The notes under the pieces were generated by a model. That model was not told where the DNA came from. It worked only from the letters and a program-made list of their open reading frames with translations, and did not search any database. Positions 1 through 10,991 of a DNA stretch of 64,000 nucleotides are shown here, one piece after another. A program made the translations under genes and the position numbers. Position 1 is the stretch's first letter. Each line of letters begins with the position of its first letter. The DNA is from Mytilus trossulus (taxonomy: Eukaryota), in assembly GCF_036588685.1 (NCBI RefSeq), contig NW_026963347.1:496001-560000 (forward strand), written 5' to 3'.

Positions 1-213
1 AAGATGCTACGCAAACACAAATACTCACATTACTGCTTGCTCAACCTATACACGTGTATACCTACTTAAAATTAATAAGAATACACCTTCATGACGAATT
101 TTTCCTGCATTTCTCGTCATATGAATATATTAAAGCAGGAACATGTATTAACGATCATGACAAAATAAGGAGATGGGATATGATTGCCAGTGATACATTT
201 ATCCATTAAAGTG

Positions 214-1298
214 TATGGAACGCCTGAACTGTCTTATAGTGTAAATATTTAAAGTGTGTTGTCGCTTTGCATTTACGTCCTGTCATTTCTTCTTCAAGGC
301 CAAAACTATGCATCTTATTTTAGTGATGCTAACTCATTGAGCCGAGCCGAGGGTATGAAATGGAATGGGCAAAATCCAGCATTTTAGGCAGTTTTAGAGA
401 GTTTGAATATGTTTGGAATTTGGACACTTTTTATATAAATTTTTCATATTTTAAGACTTTTACTAACACCAAATTTTTAACAACTTTATTTAAATTTATA
501 TGTAAGATAATCATCCAAATATCATTGATTTGAGTCTGCTGCCAGAACATAGAAAAAACATCGATTCAGTAGAATAAAATCTATAAATAAGTGTTATACA
601 TAACGTAATAGGTGTTTGCACTTATCGGTATTTGTGTTTACACAAAATGTAATAGGCATTTGCACATGATGTAATAGGTGTTTGCATAACGTTAAAAGTG
701 TTTGCACATAATGTATAACGTGTTTGAACAAGATGTAAAAGGCATGTGTAGATGACGTAATGAATGCTAACAGTGAGTATCAATCACTCGCAAAACGTAT
801 ATAAACTATACCATGATGTATTATGTTTTTCACTGGAGATACATATGTATAAACACAAAATAAAGCCGTTATACTATAATAGCATGAGGTTTTTATAGAA
901 CAAAGATGCATCAAAATAAAAAGTTTAGAACATTCAGCATAATAATCAAATTTGAGACAGGACATAATTATTAAATGACGTACGTAGGAAGAATAGACAA
1001 AACATAGAGACAATATGAAAGAATGCAAAGTTGGTTGATAATAAAGATTGGAGATATTCACAAAATATTTATAACAGTTACAGCATAATATAATGCCTAT
1101 GGCACACACCAAAGTTCAGCATTGACATATCATACAATTGTATGATCAAATAAATAATGAATTTGACATAACATAGAGATGCAGTGTCAGAAAATAAAGG
1201 CACCTGCACATAACATAAAGAAGAAATGACAAGACGTAAAGGCGAAGCGACAAAACACATTATATATTTACACTATAAGACAGTTCTGGCGTTCCATA
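214..1298. mobile_element. Non-autonomous TIR DNA transposon with internal ~22-bp tandem repeats
   Basis: TATGGAACGCCTGAACTGTCTTATAGTGTAAATAT (214-248) is the reverse complement of 1264-1298 with 1 mismatch. The imperfect inverted match extends to ~80 bp. Degenerate TGCACATAACGTAATAGGTGTT units lie at ~590-770. The element splits a copy of a common interspersed repeat (~165-213 / 1299-1430). Confidence 0.8.
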
Positions 1299-2468
1299 AA
1301 AGATCAATTAGGGTGGATACAAGAAATTATCGGCAACCGTATGGCCGTATTAACAATAACGAAAATAAATAATGTGTTGTCAACTTTCAAAGGCCCCGAC
1401 ATAAAAAATAAGAAACAAATCCATGGAGAAAACTTACGGTAATATATATAATAAAACAGTCAACGAAGAAAAATTGACAGAGTGACATGAACTTACAACA
1501 AACAATGCACTACAGACTCCTTTTTTTCTCTTTATATCTCTCTCTCTCTTTTAAAGATGGTAATCAGTGACATTTGTGTTGATTTCATGTTAATGTACAA
1601 AGCGAATCTATGTGCTTATTATATACATATATTTATATGTATCGGTTAATGGGAGACAACCAAAGGAATATTTCAAAGATTTGAATCCAGATCAAATGGC
1701 TTGGTACATGGTAAACGTTGGTGAAATTTTGCTCAATCTAACCGTCAGATAATCCCAATCTTCAAATAGGAAATTAACAAATAACGGAAAATTCGAAGTC
1801 ATTTGTCATTGGACAGAACGTCAACAGTTCTAGATCTGTTTATTATGAATCGGTGTCTCTCTCACTAGTGAGACAAATTGTTTAATCTTAATTACATACT
1901 GTCACAATCCGATTGTTGTATTTTATAAGCAAGTGCGACACAAAAAATTTAAAACGATATTTATATATCTTGCTTTGTATCAGACCGACCCTGTAAGTCA
2001 TATTTTAAATGTGCCAACTCATGAAGGAATCGTTTGACCCTACTGCCATACCAACTTTAGTCTTTTGATTGACCGCTCTTAATTGTTTTATCTCTATATA
2101 CTGTGTCTATGACAGACAGAGAAACAGCCAACGAATGTACAACCCAAGTCGTTCACGAGAGGTGATAATGAATTGGTACTTAACGTCAAGCGGCAAATAT
2201 TACAAGAATGTAAGATAAGATTATATTTAGGCAAAAAAAAGATACCTTATTTTTTACTATATCGACACGCTTAAGTTAGCATGATATAGTCAATATTCAC
2301 CTTTTATATTTTCGTGCAATATTTTAACTTTAAGGTATGACTGTTATCATAATATAATTCCTCATACCATGAAAACGAGGTCGCTTTTTTTCTTTTTGGT
2401 TTCCCATATTTGTAACTTCTGTTATCCGGTGTATACATTATACATATTTGAAATAACTTATATTGTAG

Positions 2469-5244
2469 CATGCTCGGATGGAAAGTATGGTGAGGATTGT
2501 AATAGTGACTGTAATTGTTCAACATGTAGTACCTGTGATAATGCTACAGGCAACTGTTTATGTTATGAGCAATCGATTCCTCTGGAAAAATTAACAACAA
2601 AAGAATACACATCAGGTTGCAATTTTAGTTTATAATTTGGATTTCTGAAAATCTTATTGATTTGTAACTTGTCAAAGGCACATTTCATGTGGTATTATTT
2701 TAACAAATTACTTCAATTGGTGCATGCTGACATTATTTTGATGGAAAATATAAGTTTATATCGTTGATGTTTGGAATATTAAAAAGAAGATGTGGTATGA
2801 CCGCCAATGAGACAACTCTCCACAAAAGACAAAATGACACAGAAATTAAAATCTATAAATCACCGTACGGCCTTCAACAAGAGCAATTAAAGCCTTTCAT
2901 CATTGCAAAAGACGAACTGAAAGCGCTAAGTCAATTGATCAGTGGTATTACATGATAACAAATTAAATATCACTCTTGCAAAACTGCTGACTTTGGTACT
3001 TCCATTTATCTTTTAGAAGATGTGAAGGTGTAACGTTTATGCTAGAACAAACAGACATAAAGAGCTCGATCAGTTGATATGGAATAACTTGTAATAAAAG
3101 TTTAATTTGCATTTGTTCAAAACTTGAATTCAATTGATATTAAACAGTATGCCATAAAAGGCTAACCGTAATACATGTGTAATATATATCAATCATAGGT
3201 ATGAACGTAGTTTTCAATTTAGACTCGTTTATATTTTTTGTTTGGGCATGTATCATATTTTCCCTTCGGTTTATATGATCCGTTCGTCCTATATTGTCTC
3301 TTAAATTCAAGAGTCAATCTTAAATTGAGAGTAAATTATATGGCCTTCCAAATACCGTTTCGATCCCTAACATCACTGAAGAGACATATATTGTCGAAAT
3401 CTAGATCTGGTGTAAAAAAAATATTGACACCGAATGTTTGTGGCACAACATCGTGGCCACAAGTTAACATATTTTTTTTTCTGTGACGTATTAAATTTAT
3501 GTTAAGATCCATTTTGTTACATCTTGTGATCAATTTTATTTGGCAATCGCCAATGGCGATCAGCAGGGTTAAAGAACATCAGTTGTTCGACCTGTTAGTT
3601 AAATGCGTTTTGTTTAGATAAACTTTTTCACTTTTTTGGTCTTTTGAAAAATGTTGTTTGTGCTGTTTTTATACCCTTCTACAACGAAATTTGTTTGACA
3701 TGCACACGTATAAAAATTGCGGTTTTTATCCAACGCAATCATAGGTTTGAACGTAGTTTTCATTTTAGACTCATATATATATACAACTCGTCTAAACATC
3801 AACCCAACAATGTTAGATCTGTTAATTGGCGTTCGCAAATTTTTGGTTCTTCCCTCGCCGGGATTCGAACCCATGCTACTGTGATATCGTGACACCAAAT
3901 CGCCTGCACTGCAGCCGTCCCGCTAGACCACACGACCACCTGGGCTCTCAAAAAAAAGCTTTCGCTGGCCATGTGTTACCTTTCCACGCCAGTTTTAATC
4001 TAGCGGCGTACTACAGTACATGATATATAAGGCATGAAGATGTTATTGTTACAGATCAGCTAAATTATCTATAGTAAAGGATCCTACAAATTAATGTAAG
4101 ATACAGTCACAGAAAATAATTATATTCATAAGTACGTCTGAGTCAGTGACAACCCTACAACAGATGTATCCATCGGATCGCCATCAATGATTGTGATACA
4201 TGGCTGTGTACATAAAGTATAAACAACTCGTCTAAACATCAACCCAACAATGTTAGATCTGTGAATTTGCTTTCGCAAATTTTTGGTTCTTCCCTCGCCG
4301 GGATTCGAACCCATGCTACTGTGATATCGTGACACAAAATCGCCTGCACTGCAGCCGTCCCGCTAGACCACACGACCACCTGGGCTCTCAAAAAAAGAGC
4401 TTTCGCTGGCCATGTGTTACCTTTTCACGTCAGTTTTAATCTAGCGGCGTACTACAGTACATGATATATAAGGCATGAAGATGTTATTGTTACAGATCAG
4501 CTAAATTATCTATAGTAAAGGATCCTACAAATTAATGTAAGATACAGTCACAGAACATAATTATATTCATAAGTACGTCTGATTCAGTGACAACACTACA
4601 ACAGATGTATTCATCGGATCGCCATCAATGATGGTGATACATGGATGTGTACATAAATATATATATATACATTTTAAACTGTGGCAGTGGCTGTTTCAAG
4701 CTAATCTGCATTTGTGTACCTATAGTTATCAAATGATCAACACGTAGTTGGGGTATTTTTTCTTGACATGCGTACTGTCCAATAATTGTTTGTTATTTTT
4801 GCAAGAGCCTTTTAACGCGTGTATTAATCAATTTCAAATAGCTTATTTCGAAAATTAAATTTGTTAAAATAAATGAATTTCATTTCAGAGAAGAACCATT
4901 CATCACATTTTATTGCAGTATATGTCGGCATGGCTTCGGCGTTGATGGTTCTTGTTTGTATAGTTGCTGTTATTGTAAGAGTTCAGCAGAAAGTTTACAG
5001 ATTTTTTAGGTCAGGCAAAAGGAAATGTCCCAATGTGAAACATAAAGTACGAAAAATCATTCCGAAAAAGTCTAACGACCATACACACAATGAATCTGTC
5101 GAAGCTGTTCCCAATATTTTTGAAGCGCATGCGCAACCGTTTCTGTGTGAACTTGGTGATGGCTACTGCGAGGTATCCAATGTAATTAGCGCTCCAAATC
5201 ATACTAGACATACTGGTATTGATCATATTGACATTACAAGTTAA
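2469..5244 (+). CDS. 3' part of an EGF-like single-pass membrane receptor gene (gene A; exons 2469-2615 and 4889-5244; 5' exons not identified)
   Basis: An AG/GT-bounded phase-1 exon of 147 nt encodes CSDGKYGEDCNSDCNCSTCSTCDNATGNCLC (laminin-type EGF as in MEGF/SREC). The next phase-1 exon, after TTTCAG, encodes TM helix FIAVYVGMASALMVLVCIVAVIV, a basic stop-transfer segment and a tail with YCEV. Confidence 0.8.
3190..3772 (+). mobile_element. 546-nt hammerhead retrozyme-like element (one unit plus ~37-nt terminal redundancy) in a (TA)n tract
   Basis: CAATCATAGGTWTGAACGTAGTTTTCAWTTTAGACTC occurs at 3190 and 3736 (period 546). The unit contains a canonical HHR and has TA runs on both sides. 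Its 3' end recurs at 49711-49798. Confidence 0.8.
3370..3413 (+). ncRNA. Type I hammerhead ribozyme (canonical core, palindromic stem III)
   Basis: ACAUCA-CUGAAGA-GACA(uauau)UGUC-GAAA-UCUAG-AUC-UGGUGU. Stem I is 6 bp, stem II is 4 bp, and AUCUAGAU is a palindrome. Predicted cleavage is after C3407. Confidence 0.9.
3781..4656 (-). mobile_element. ~2 tandem copies of the ~440-nt tRNA-promoter-containing structured unit, bounded by (TA)n
   Basis: ACAACTCGTCTAAAC repeats at 3783 and 4223. The minus strand has A-box-like TGGTCGTGTGG and B-box GGTTCGAATCC. The same unit occurs at 48909-49700 and 53086-53750. Confidence 0.85.
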
Positions 5245-5370
5245 TTTTTATAACACTTTTCATTGGGCAAGTCTATCCTTGTATATATATATGCTTTAAT
5301 TAATTCACCACATTATTGTTTCTTTAAGATTGAAGTTCATTTACTGGAAATTTTGTTACGTATTGTACAT

Positions 5371-5430
5371 TGATTTAATTAACAATGTGTTGATTTAATT
5401 AACAATGTGTTGATTTAATTAACAATGTGT
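5371..5430. repeat. 20-bp tandem repeat x3
   Basis: TGATTTAATTAACAATGTGT occurs three times in a row. Confidence 0.9.
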
Positions 5431-5507
5431 GTTTTAGAAAACGAATTCATTTATATTTAAAGTACTAGATAAATACATTTTAGTCGGGTTTGTGGAAAGG
5501 TGAGAGT

Positions 5508-5821
5508 AAGAAATGTATAATATTTATCATAATGCATCCCAAACATATTTCTAAGAAATTTATAATATCTATCATAATGCATCCCAAACATATTTCTAAG
5601 AAATGCATAATATTTATCATAATGCATCCCAAATATATTTCTAAGAAATGCATAATATTTATCATAATGCATCCCAAACATATTTCTAAGAAATGTATAA
5701 TATTTATCATAATGCATACTAAACATATTTCTAAGAAATGTATAATATTTATCATAATGCATCCAAAACATATTTCTAAGAAATGTATAATATTTATTAT
5801 AATGCATACTAAACATATTTC
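5508..5821. repeat. 45-bp minisatellite x~7
   Basis: The unit is AAGAAATGTATAATATTTATCATAATGCATCCCAAACATATTTCT. It explains the 15-aa periodic ORFs in the track. Confidence 0.95.
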
Positions 5822-6312
5822 CAGGAAAAAATTGAATACACTAGGGTATCCAAATAACACCTTTATTTCCGTGTGTTATTATCTTCGTTTATTTGGAAAC
5901 AAGACAAAACAATCATTCTGTTTTAGTTTTGTAGATGTACAATGTATCCTCATATATATATAGTTCCACAAAAATATTTTTTAATCATAGTAAATTGGTG
6001 TGGAACTTATCTTTAAATGGTCCTTTTTTAATGATGAGTACTTAGAAACCATATCAGCCATGCTAAACTTCACATCCGTCCAAGTCAATCAAGAGATGTA
6101 ATGTTTTTATTCCTCAAAATTGTAAAATCAAAACACGACAATTGGCTGCACTTCAGGATGTATGAATTTAACACTGGTTTAAAATTCTCTACAGCCCTGG
6201 TTACACCAAGATAACTAATATCACTTTGTCACCTAAAAAAAGGGATTCTTGCAAATCATAAGTAATCGGTACGCTACTATCTCTGTCTGAACTGTCTAAT
6301 TCGTGTATGTTT

Positions 6313-6770
6313 ACCTGGAAAAAGCATTACAACACTTCCATTGAAAACAATCTAAAATAACATGATCGTAGAATGTGTCTAATTTGGGTATTACCAAATA
6401 GTTTTCATCCGTTTATGGTTTAAAATTGAATTTGTGATATTAAACTACATTCAAAAAGTTTTGAATGAATTCAATGCATGCATAAACCATTTGTAAACAT
6501 CTGTTTTTGTTGCAGAACCAATGTTTTGGAAAAAATGAGTCCTGCAAAGTTGGCATTTTTTTTTTAAATAGCGCGAAAAACTTTTTCAGTGCCGCTGTTA
6601 TGTCGTAACCATGTAGCATTGGTATGAGATGAAAAATAAGTTAATACCATGAATTCGACTTTAAATCATTAACGAATCAAAAGTATTTAGCTGAACCCAA
6701 ATTATACTTATTCTAAAACATGTCATTTTACATTGTTTTCAATGGAAGTGTTACAATACTTTTTCCAGGT
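6313..6770. mobile_element. MITE with ~37-bp TIRs
   Basis: ACCTGGAAAAAGCATTACAACACTTCCATTGAAAACAAT pairs with ATTGTTTTCAATGGAAGTGTTACAATACTTTTTCCAGGT. Confidence 0.75.
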
Positions 6771-6934
6771 GTATATTTAACGGGATGGATTGTACTTGAT
6801 TTTTGATATGATAAAGACATATATAATCTTTCAATCAGTTTAATTGAGTTCTGGAGCTGGTGTGTCAGTAACTGCTACATTGTAGATCATTGTAACTAGT
6901 AGCACTCGGCCACGTCCACTTGTATTTTTGTCCA

Positions 6935-7350
6935 TCTGATGAGTTAAGCCTTTTTCAACTGATTTTTATAGTCTGTTCTTATGTTGTACTGTTATACCAC
7001 TGTCCCAGGTTAGGGGAGGGTTGTGATGCCGCTAGTATGTTTAACCCCGCCACATTATTTGTGTATGTGCCTGTCCCAAGTCAGGAGCCTGTAATTCAGT
7101 GGTTGTCTTTTATTTATGTGTTACATTTTTGTTTTTCGTTCATTTTTTTTTACATAAATAAGGCCGTTAGTTTTCTCGTTTGAATTGTTTTACATTGTTT
7201 TATCGGGGTCGTTTATAGCTGACTATGCGGTATGGTGTTTGCTCATTGTTGAAGGCCGTACGTTGACCTATAGTTGTTAATGTATGTGTCATTTTGGTCG
7301 TTTGTGGATAGTTGTCTCATTGGCAATCATACCAAATCTTCTTTTTTATA
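6935..7350 (-). repeat. Interspersed repeat family 1 (unclassified)
   Basis: Matches copies at ~2780-2890, 17450-17630, 24195-24340, 45575-45850 and 57603-57795 (core AAGAAGATGTGGTATGAYTGCCAATGAGACAACTCTCC). Confidence 0.75.
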
Positions 7351-7389
7351 TTTTGTTGATTTATGTTTCATTGTCATTTTGTTTACTTG

Positions 7390-7800
7390 TTCTGACATCG
7401 GATTCGAACCTTTTTTAAACTGGATTTAACTGTACACATTGCTATGTTTTTGTTTATTCAACATTGGCTAGAGGTAACGGGGGAAGTTTGAGATCTCACA
7501 AAACATGTTTAACCCCGCAGCATTTTTGCGCCGGTCCCAAGTCAAGAGCCTGTGGTCTTTGTTAGTCTTGTTTATATTTTAATTTTAGTTCATTTATATG
7601 TTTTGGAGTTAAGTGTTACATTGTACGTCCATTTTCACTGAATAAGTACACAATTTTATTTAGGGGCCAGCTGAGAACCGAACCACTTCGGATGCGGGAT
7701 TTTCTCGCTGCATTGAAGACCCATTACCTAAGGCTATTGTCTGCATTTTGGTCGGGTTGTTGTCTCTTTGCCATATTCCCAATTTTCATTCTCACTTGTA
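7390..7800 (+). repeat. Interspersed repeat family 2 (unclassified)
   Basis: ACATTGGCTAGAGG...CCCAAGTCAGGAGCC...GGGGCCAGCTGA...CCCCATTTCCATT is shared with ~30495-30737, 37150-37540 and 48130-48600 (reverse). Confidence 0.75.
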
Positions 7801-8699
7801 TTTGATATGCTATAATATAACTTGTATTCACCTAAAACAGATTATTTCATATTAATTTTTGTAATATTGTCGCATGATGCTGCATTAAAGGCAACAAATA
7901 TTCAATATTTTAAAATATGTTTGAGATTATTACTGTTTTTGAACTGTTAAAATAGCCATTTGAAATACAGATCTGTTGTAGTGTATGTTATTATCTTTTT
8001 ATTTGGACATTTTTTAAGAAGAACAAATGTGAAGAATTTTTTTTACCGTAATTATTATGTTTCTGTGATACAGTTAATTGATTAAAGTAGACTTTTCATA
8101 GCCTTAATTATGAAGTGTTATGAAAGAACGTTTTCGAATAAAATATATTTTCCGTTCTGTACAATTTGAAAGTTGTTTGTGTTCATTTAATGTTGTTTAA
8201 ATAAGTTATGTGATCATATTAATATTCCCATTGCACAGTATTATAATTTATCTATAATCTCACTAAAGCCCCAGTCCCACTAGACCACGCGTACGATCGC
8301 ACCACGCTCACTGCGATCTAAAATAAATTTAGATCGTGGTGAGGTCGCAGTATGAGCGACATGAAAAAAAGTTATCCGTTAGGCGTCCGTTTGTGCTATC
8401 CGGTAAGGTGTGTCCGAGGCTGAACGAAGGAGTGTGCATGACTGCCAATTCGAACATTCACATTATTCGCTAATTTAAACTGAATCTCTGTATTATACTT
8501 GACTGTACTTTTCTGTGAAATAGAATAAAATCAAAAGATACAAAAACTGAAATGATAGTCTAGGTCAAACTACATGATTTTTTGGTATACGGTTTTCAAC
8601 AACTGCATGTCTATTAAAATATCTTATAAATCAAAAGCTCTTCAATTCCAATAATTATGTGAATAATATGAACATTTATACTTTGGTACGGATGACGAA

Positions 8700-8930
8700 A
8701 GGATTGATGTTAAACGTCACAGCCAGTGGCAAATCTAATTCAAATTCAGGACGAAAACATGATAACGTGGTATGAATATTAATCATACTTGTTCCAGACC
8801 GACACGCTTTAGGTAACAGTCCGGTAGAACACATGTCAACCTTCCTTGACACATTATTTTGTCTCCTGGCAAACAGCTGTCTTTGATCAATTCCCTAATG
8901 CCAGGTGCTCAGCGTAGAGGAAGCTCACAT
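8700..8930 (-). mobile_element. Degenerate SINE relic, apparently interrupted by the adjacent Tc1 element
   Basis: Resembles (from recall only) the reverse strand of bivalve tRNA-SINE bodies and tails. A B-box-like remnant CGAACCC follows the Tc1 at ~10451. Confidence 0.4.
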
Positions 8931-8975
8931 CATACTATATTATATATACTAATTATATATAATGCATTAAATATA

Positions 8976-10442
8976 CACAAAGAAAAAGGTTAAGCACCCC
9001 CAGATATATTTCATTATACTTTTTTTTACAAAAATGTTAATTTGAATATAAAAATATATTTTAACAAGACCAAAATATGTGACCATACAGGTTTGAACGG
9101 TTATAAAGATTTCGACGTATCATGCACGTGAACCATGCCTTCCATGCACAGTACAAAATGCAGTTCTCTGCGCATTAATTTGAGTATTCAAGTCCGGCGA
9201 TTTGTAAATTTTATTCACACTCTATGAACATGGTACGAATACGAATATCGGAGGCTCAAAGACGGCAGATTATCGGCATATGGTTATCATGGTTATCTTA
9301 TAAATCTATTGGACGTCAGATGGGCTTCCATTTTACTGTAGGCAGCAGGCTTGTGCGGAAACACATCCAAACCAATAACGTGTAAGACTTACTAAGATCC
9401 GGTAGACCATTGGTAACATTGCACCGTGAGGACAGAGTACTGCAACGCCGCATGGCTAGACGAATGCCATCGCAACATCGAAATCAGGAGGAATGAATTC
9501 AACAATGGTAATCAGACGTCCCATGTTAACTGACTAATGTTAACTGGTGCAAGATCCATTGGTCAGACGAGAACCGGTTTCTTCTGCATGTAACAGATTG
9601 AAGATTGAGTTTGGAGACATAAAACTTTCAGCATATACCACAAGGAACATCAAAGCAATTGTTCCTTACGGTGGAGGATCTGTGATGGTATGGTGATGCG
9701 TCTCTCATGACTGCAAATTGGACTTGGTAACTATACGAGGAAACCTTAATGGTGTCATAAGAGACGTTTTTCGGTTAGCAGTTGTACCTCATTTTTTATA
9801 ACCACCCATTACCTGCGAGACCTGTGTTTATGGATGACAACGATAGGCCGCGTCGTTTAAGGGCGGTTACCGCAACTATAACAGGTAAAGCAGTAACTGC
9901 TTTTCCATGGCCTGCCATGAGCCCGGATTTAAATCCGATAAAGCATATTTGGGACATGTTTGGCTGTAGGGTACAGGCAACCGAACCACTTGAACAAAAT
10001 GTACGTCAGTTTGGAGCAGCGTTGCACCGGGAATGGCGGCAAATACCATATCAGAAAATTCGACGACTAACTGGAGAGATGAGACGCAGGTTAAGGTGGT
10101 GGTTTTCACCCGATATTGAATACTTAATTATGGATAACGTTAAAAGACTTACAGTGGATGTTTTCTAAGGGAAATGATATTAGTATCATTCATAACGAAC
10201 CCAGAAGGTCCATACTTAAAATGGATACGTTTTAGTGTTTAAACTGGCTTTGTGGTTTTGTGACAATCTATTCATTAATTTATCATTTTTTTTGCACTTT
10301 GTTGTGTATTTATTAAAGCTAATGTAATGTCCTTACAGTCTGCATTACTAATTATGGCACCAAATTGTCCCAGGATCCAATGTCCCTTATTGTAATTTTG
10401 TCAATTCGAAAAAAGGTGGGGTGCTTAACTTTTTTCTTTGTG
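8976..10442 (+). mobile_element. Tc1/mariner transposon, decayed transposase
   Basis: 25-bp TIRs CACAAAGAAAAAGGTTAAGCACCCC (1 mismatch) with TA flanks. Residual motifs include GGGSVMVW, FMDDN and WPAMSPDLNPIKHIWD, with many stops and frameshifts. Confidence 0.92.
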
Positions 10443-10991
10443 TATATAATCGAACCCAAGACATTCACTAGATAATGTAATGTTAAGCATTTTAATTTGA
10501 AAAATATCCATGACAAAATATTCATTTATATTTAAAATATACTTCTAACGACATGAAATTAGAAATTTTGAAGTTTTAATTCAGTAAGAATATTATTCCC
10601 TCAAACAAAATGTATGGAAAAAATTACAGGTGGAAATAAGTAGGCTTAACTTTTTACATACTTTAGATATATTATATCATTATCAAGAAAAAGTGTGGAT
10701 GTGTTGTACAAACATAAATAATAATGGATTAAAAATCAAAGAATAAAGAAAAAAATGAGACGAAAATAAGAAGAATAATGGAATGTTTAAATTTGAAATC
10801 AATAGAGAATAATGGGCGAACATAAAGAAAAGAAAAAAAAAATAGCTAGCATTTAAAGAATACAGAACTTAAGACCCCACCAGCCAGAACCTCGTGGAAT
10901 TTAAACTTCTTTGTTCAAACAATATTTAAACACGTCAGTCACTGGTGAATGTAACTGATAAGGAAATTGTATGTTTTGAAACATAACAGTA

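Noticed and set aside
3614-4335. Recurrent ORFs MVSRYHSSMGSNPGEGRTK... (also at 49140, 49582 and 53200)
   Set aside because: These are translations of the tRNA-like B-box region of the 442-nt repeat. They have non-ATG starts and their C-termini vary with the flanks.
5457-5963. Periodic 119-157 aa ORFs or a CRISPR-like array
   Set aside because: It is a 45-bp minisatellite with no unique spacers, in a eukaryotic context with no cas genes.
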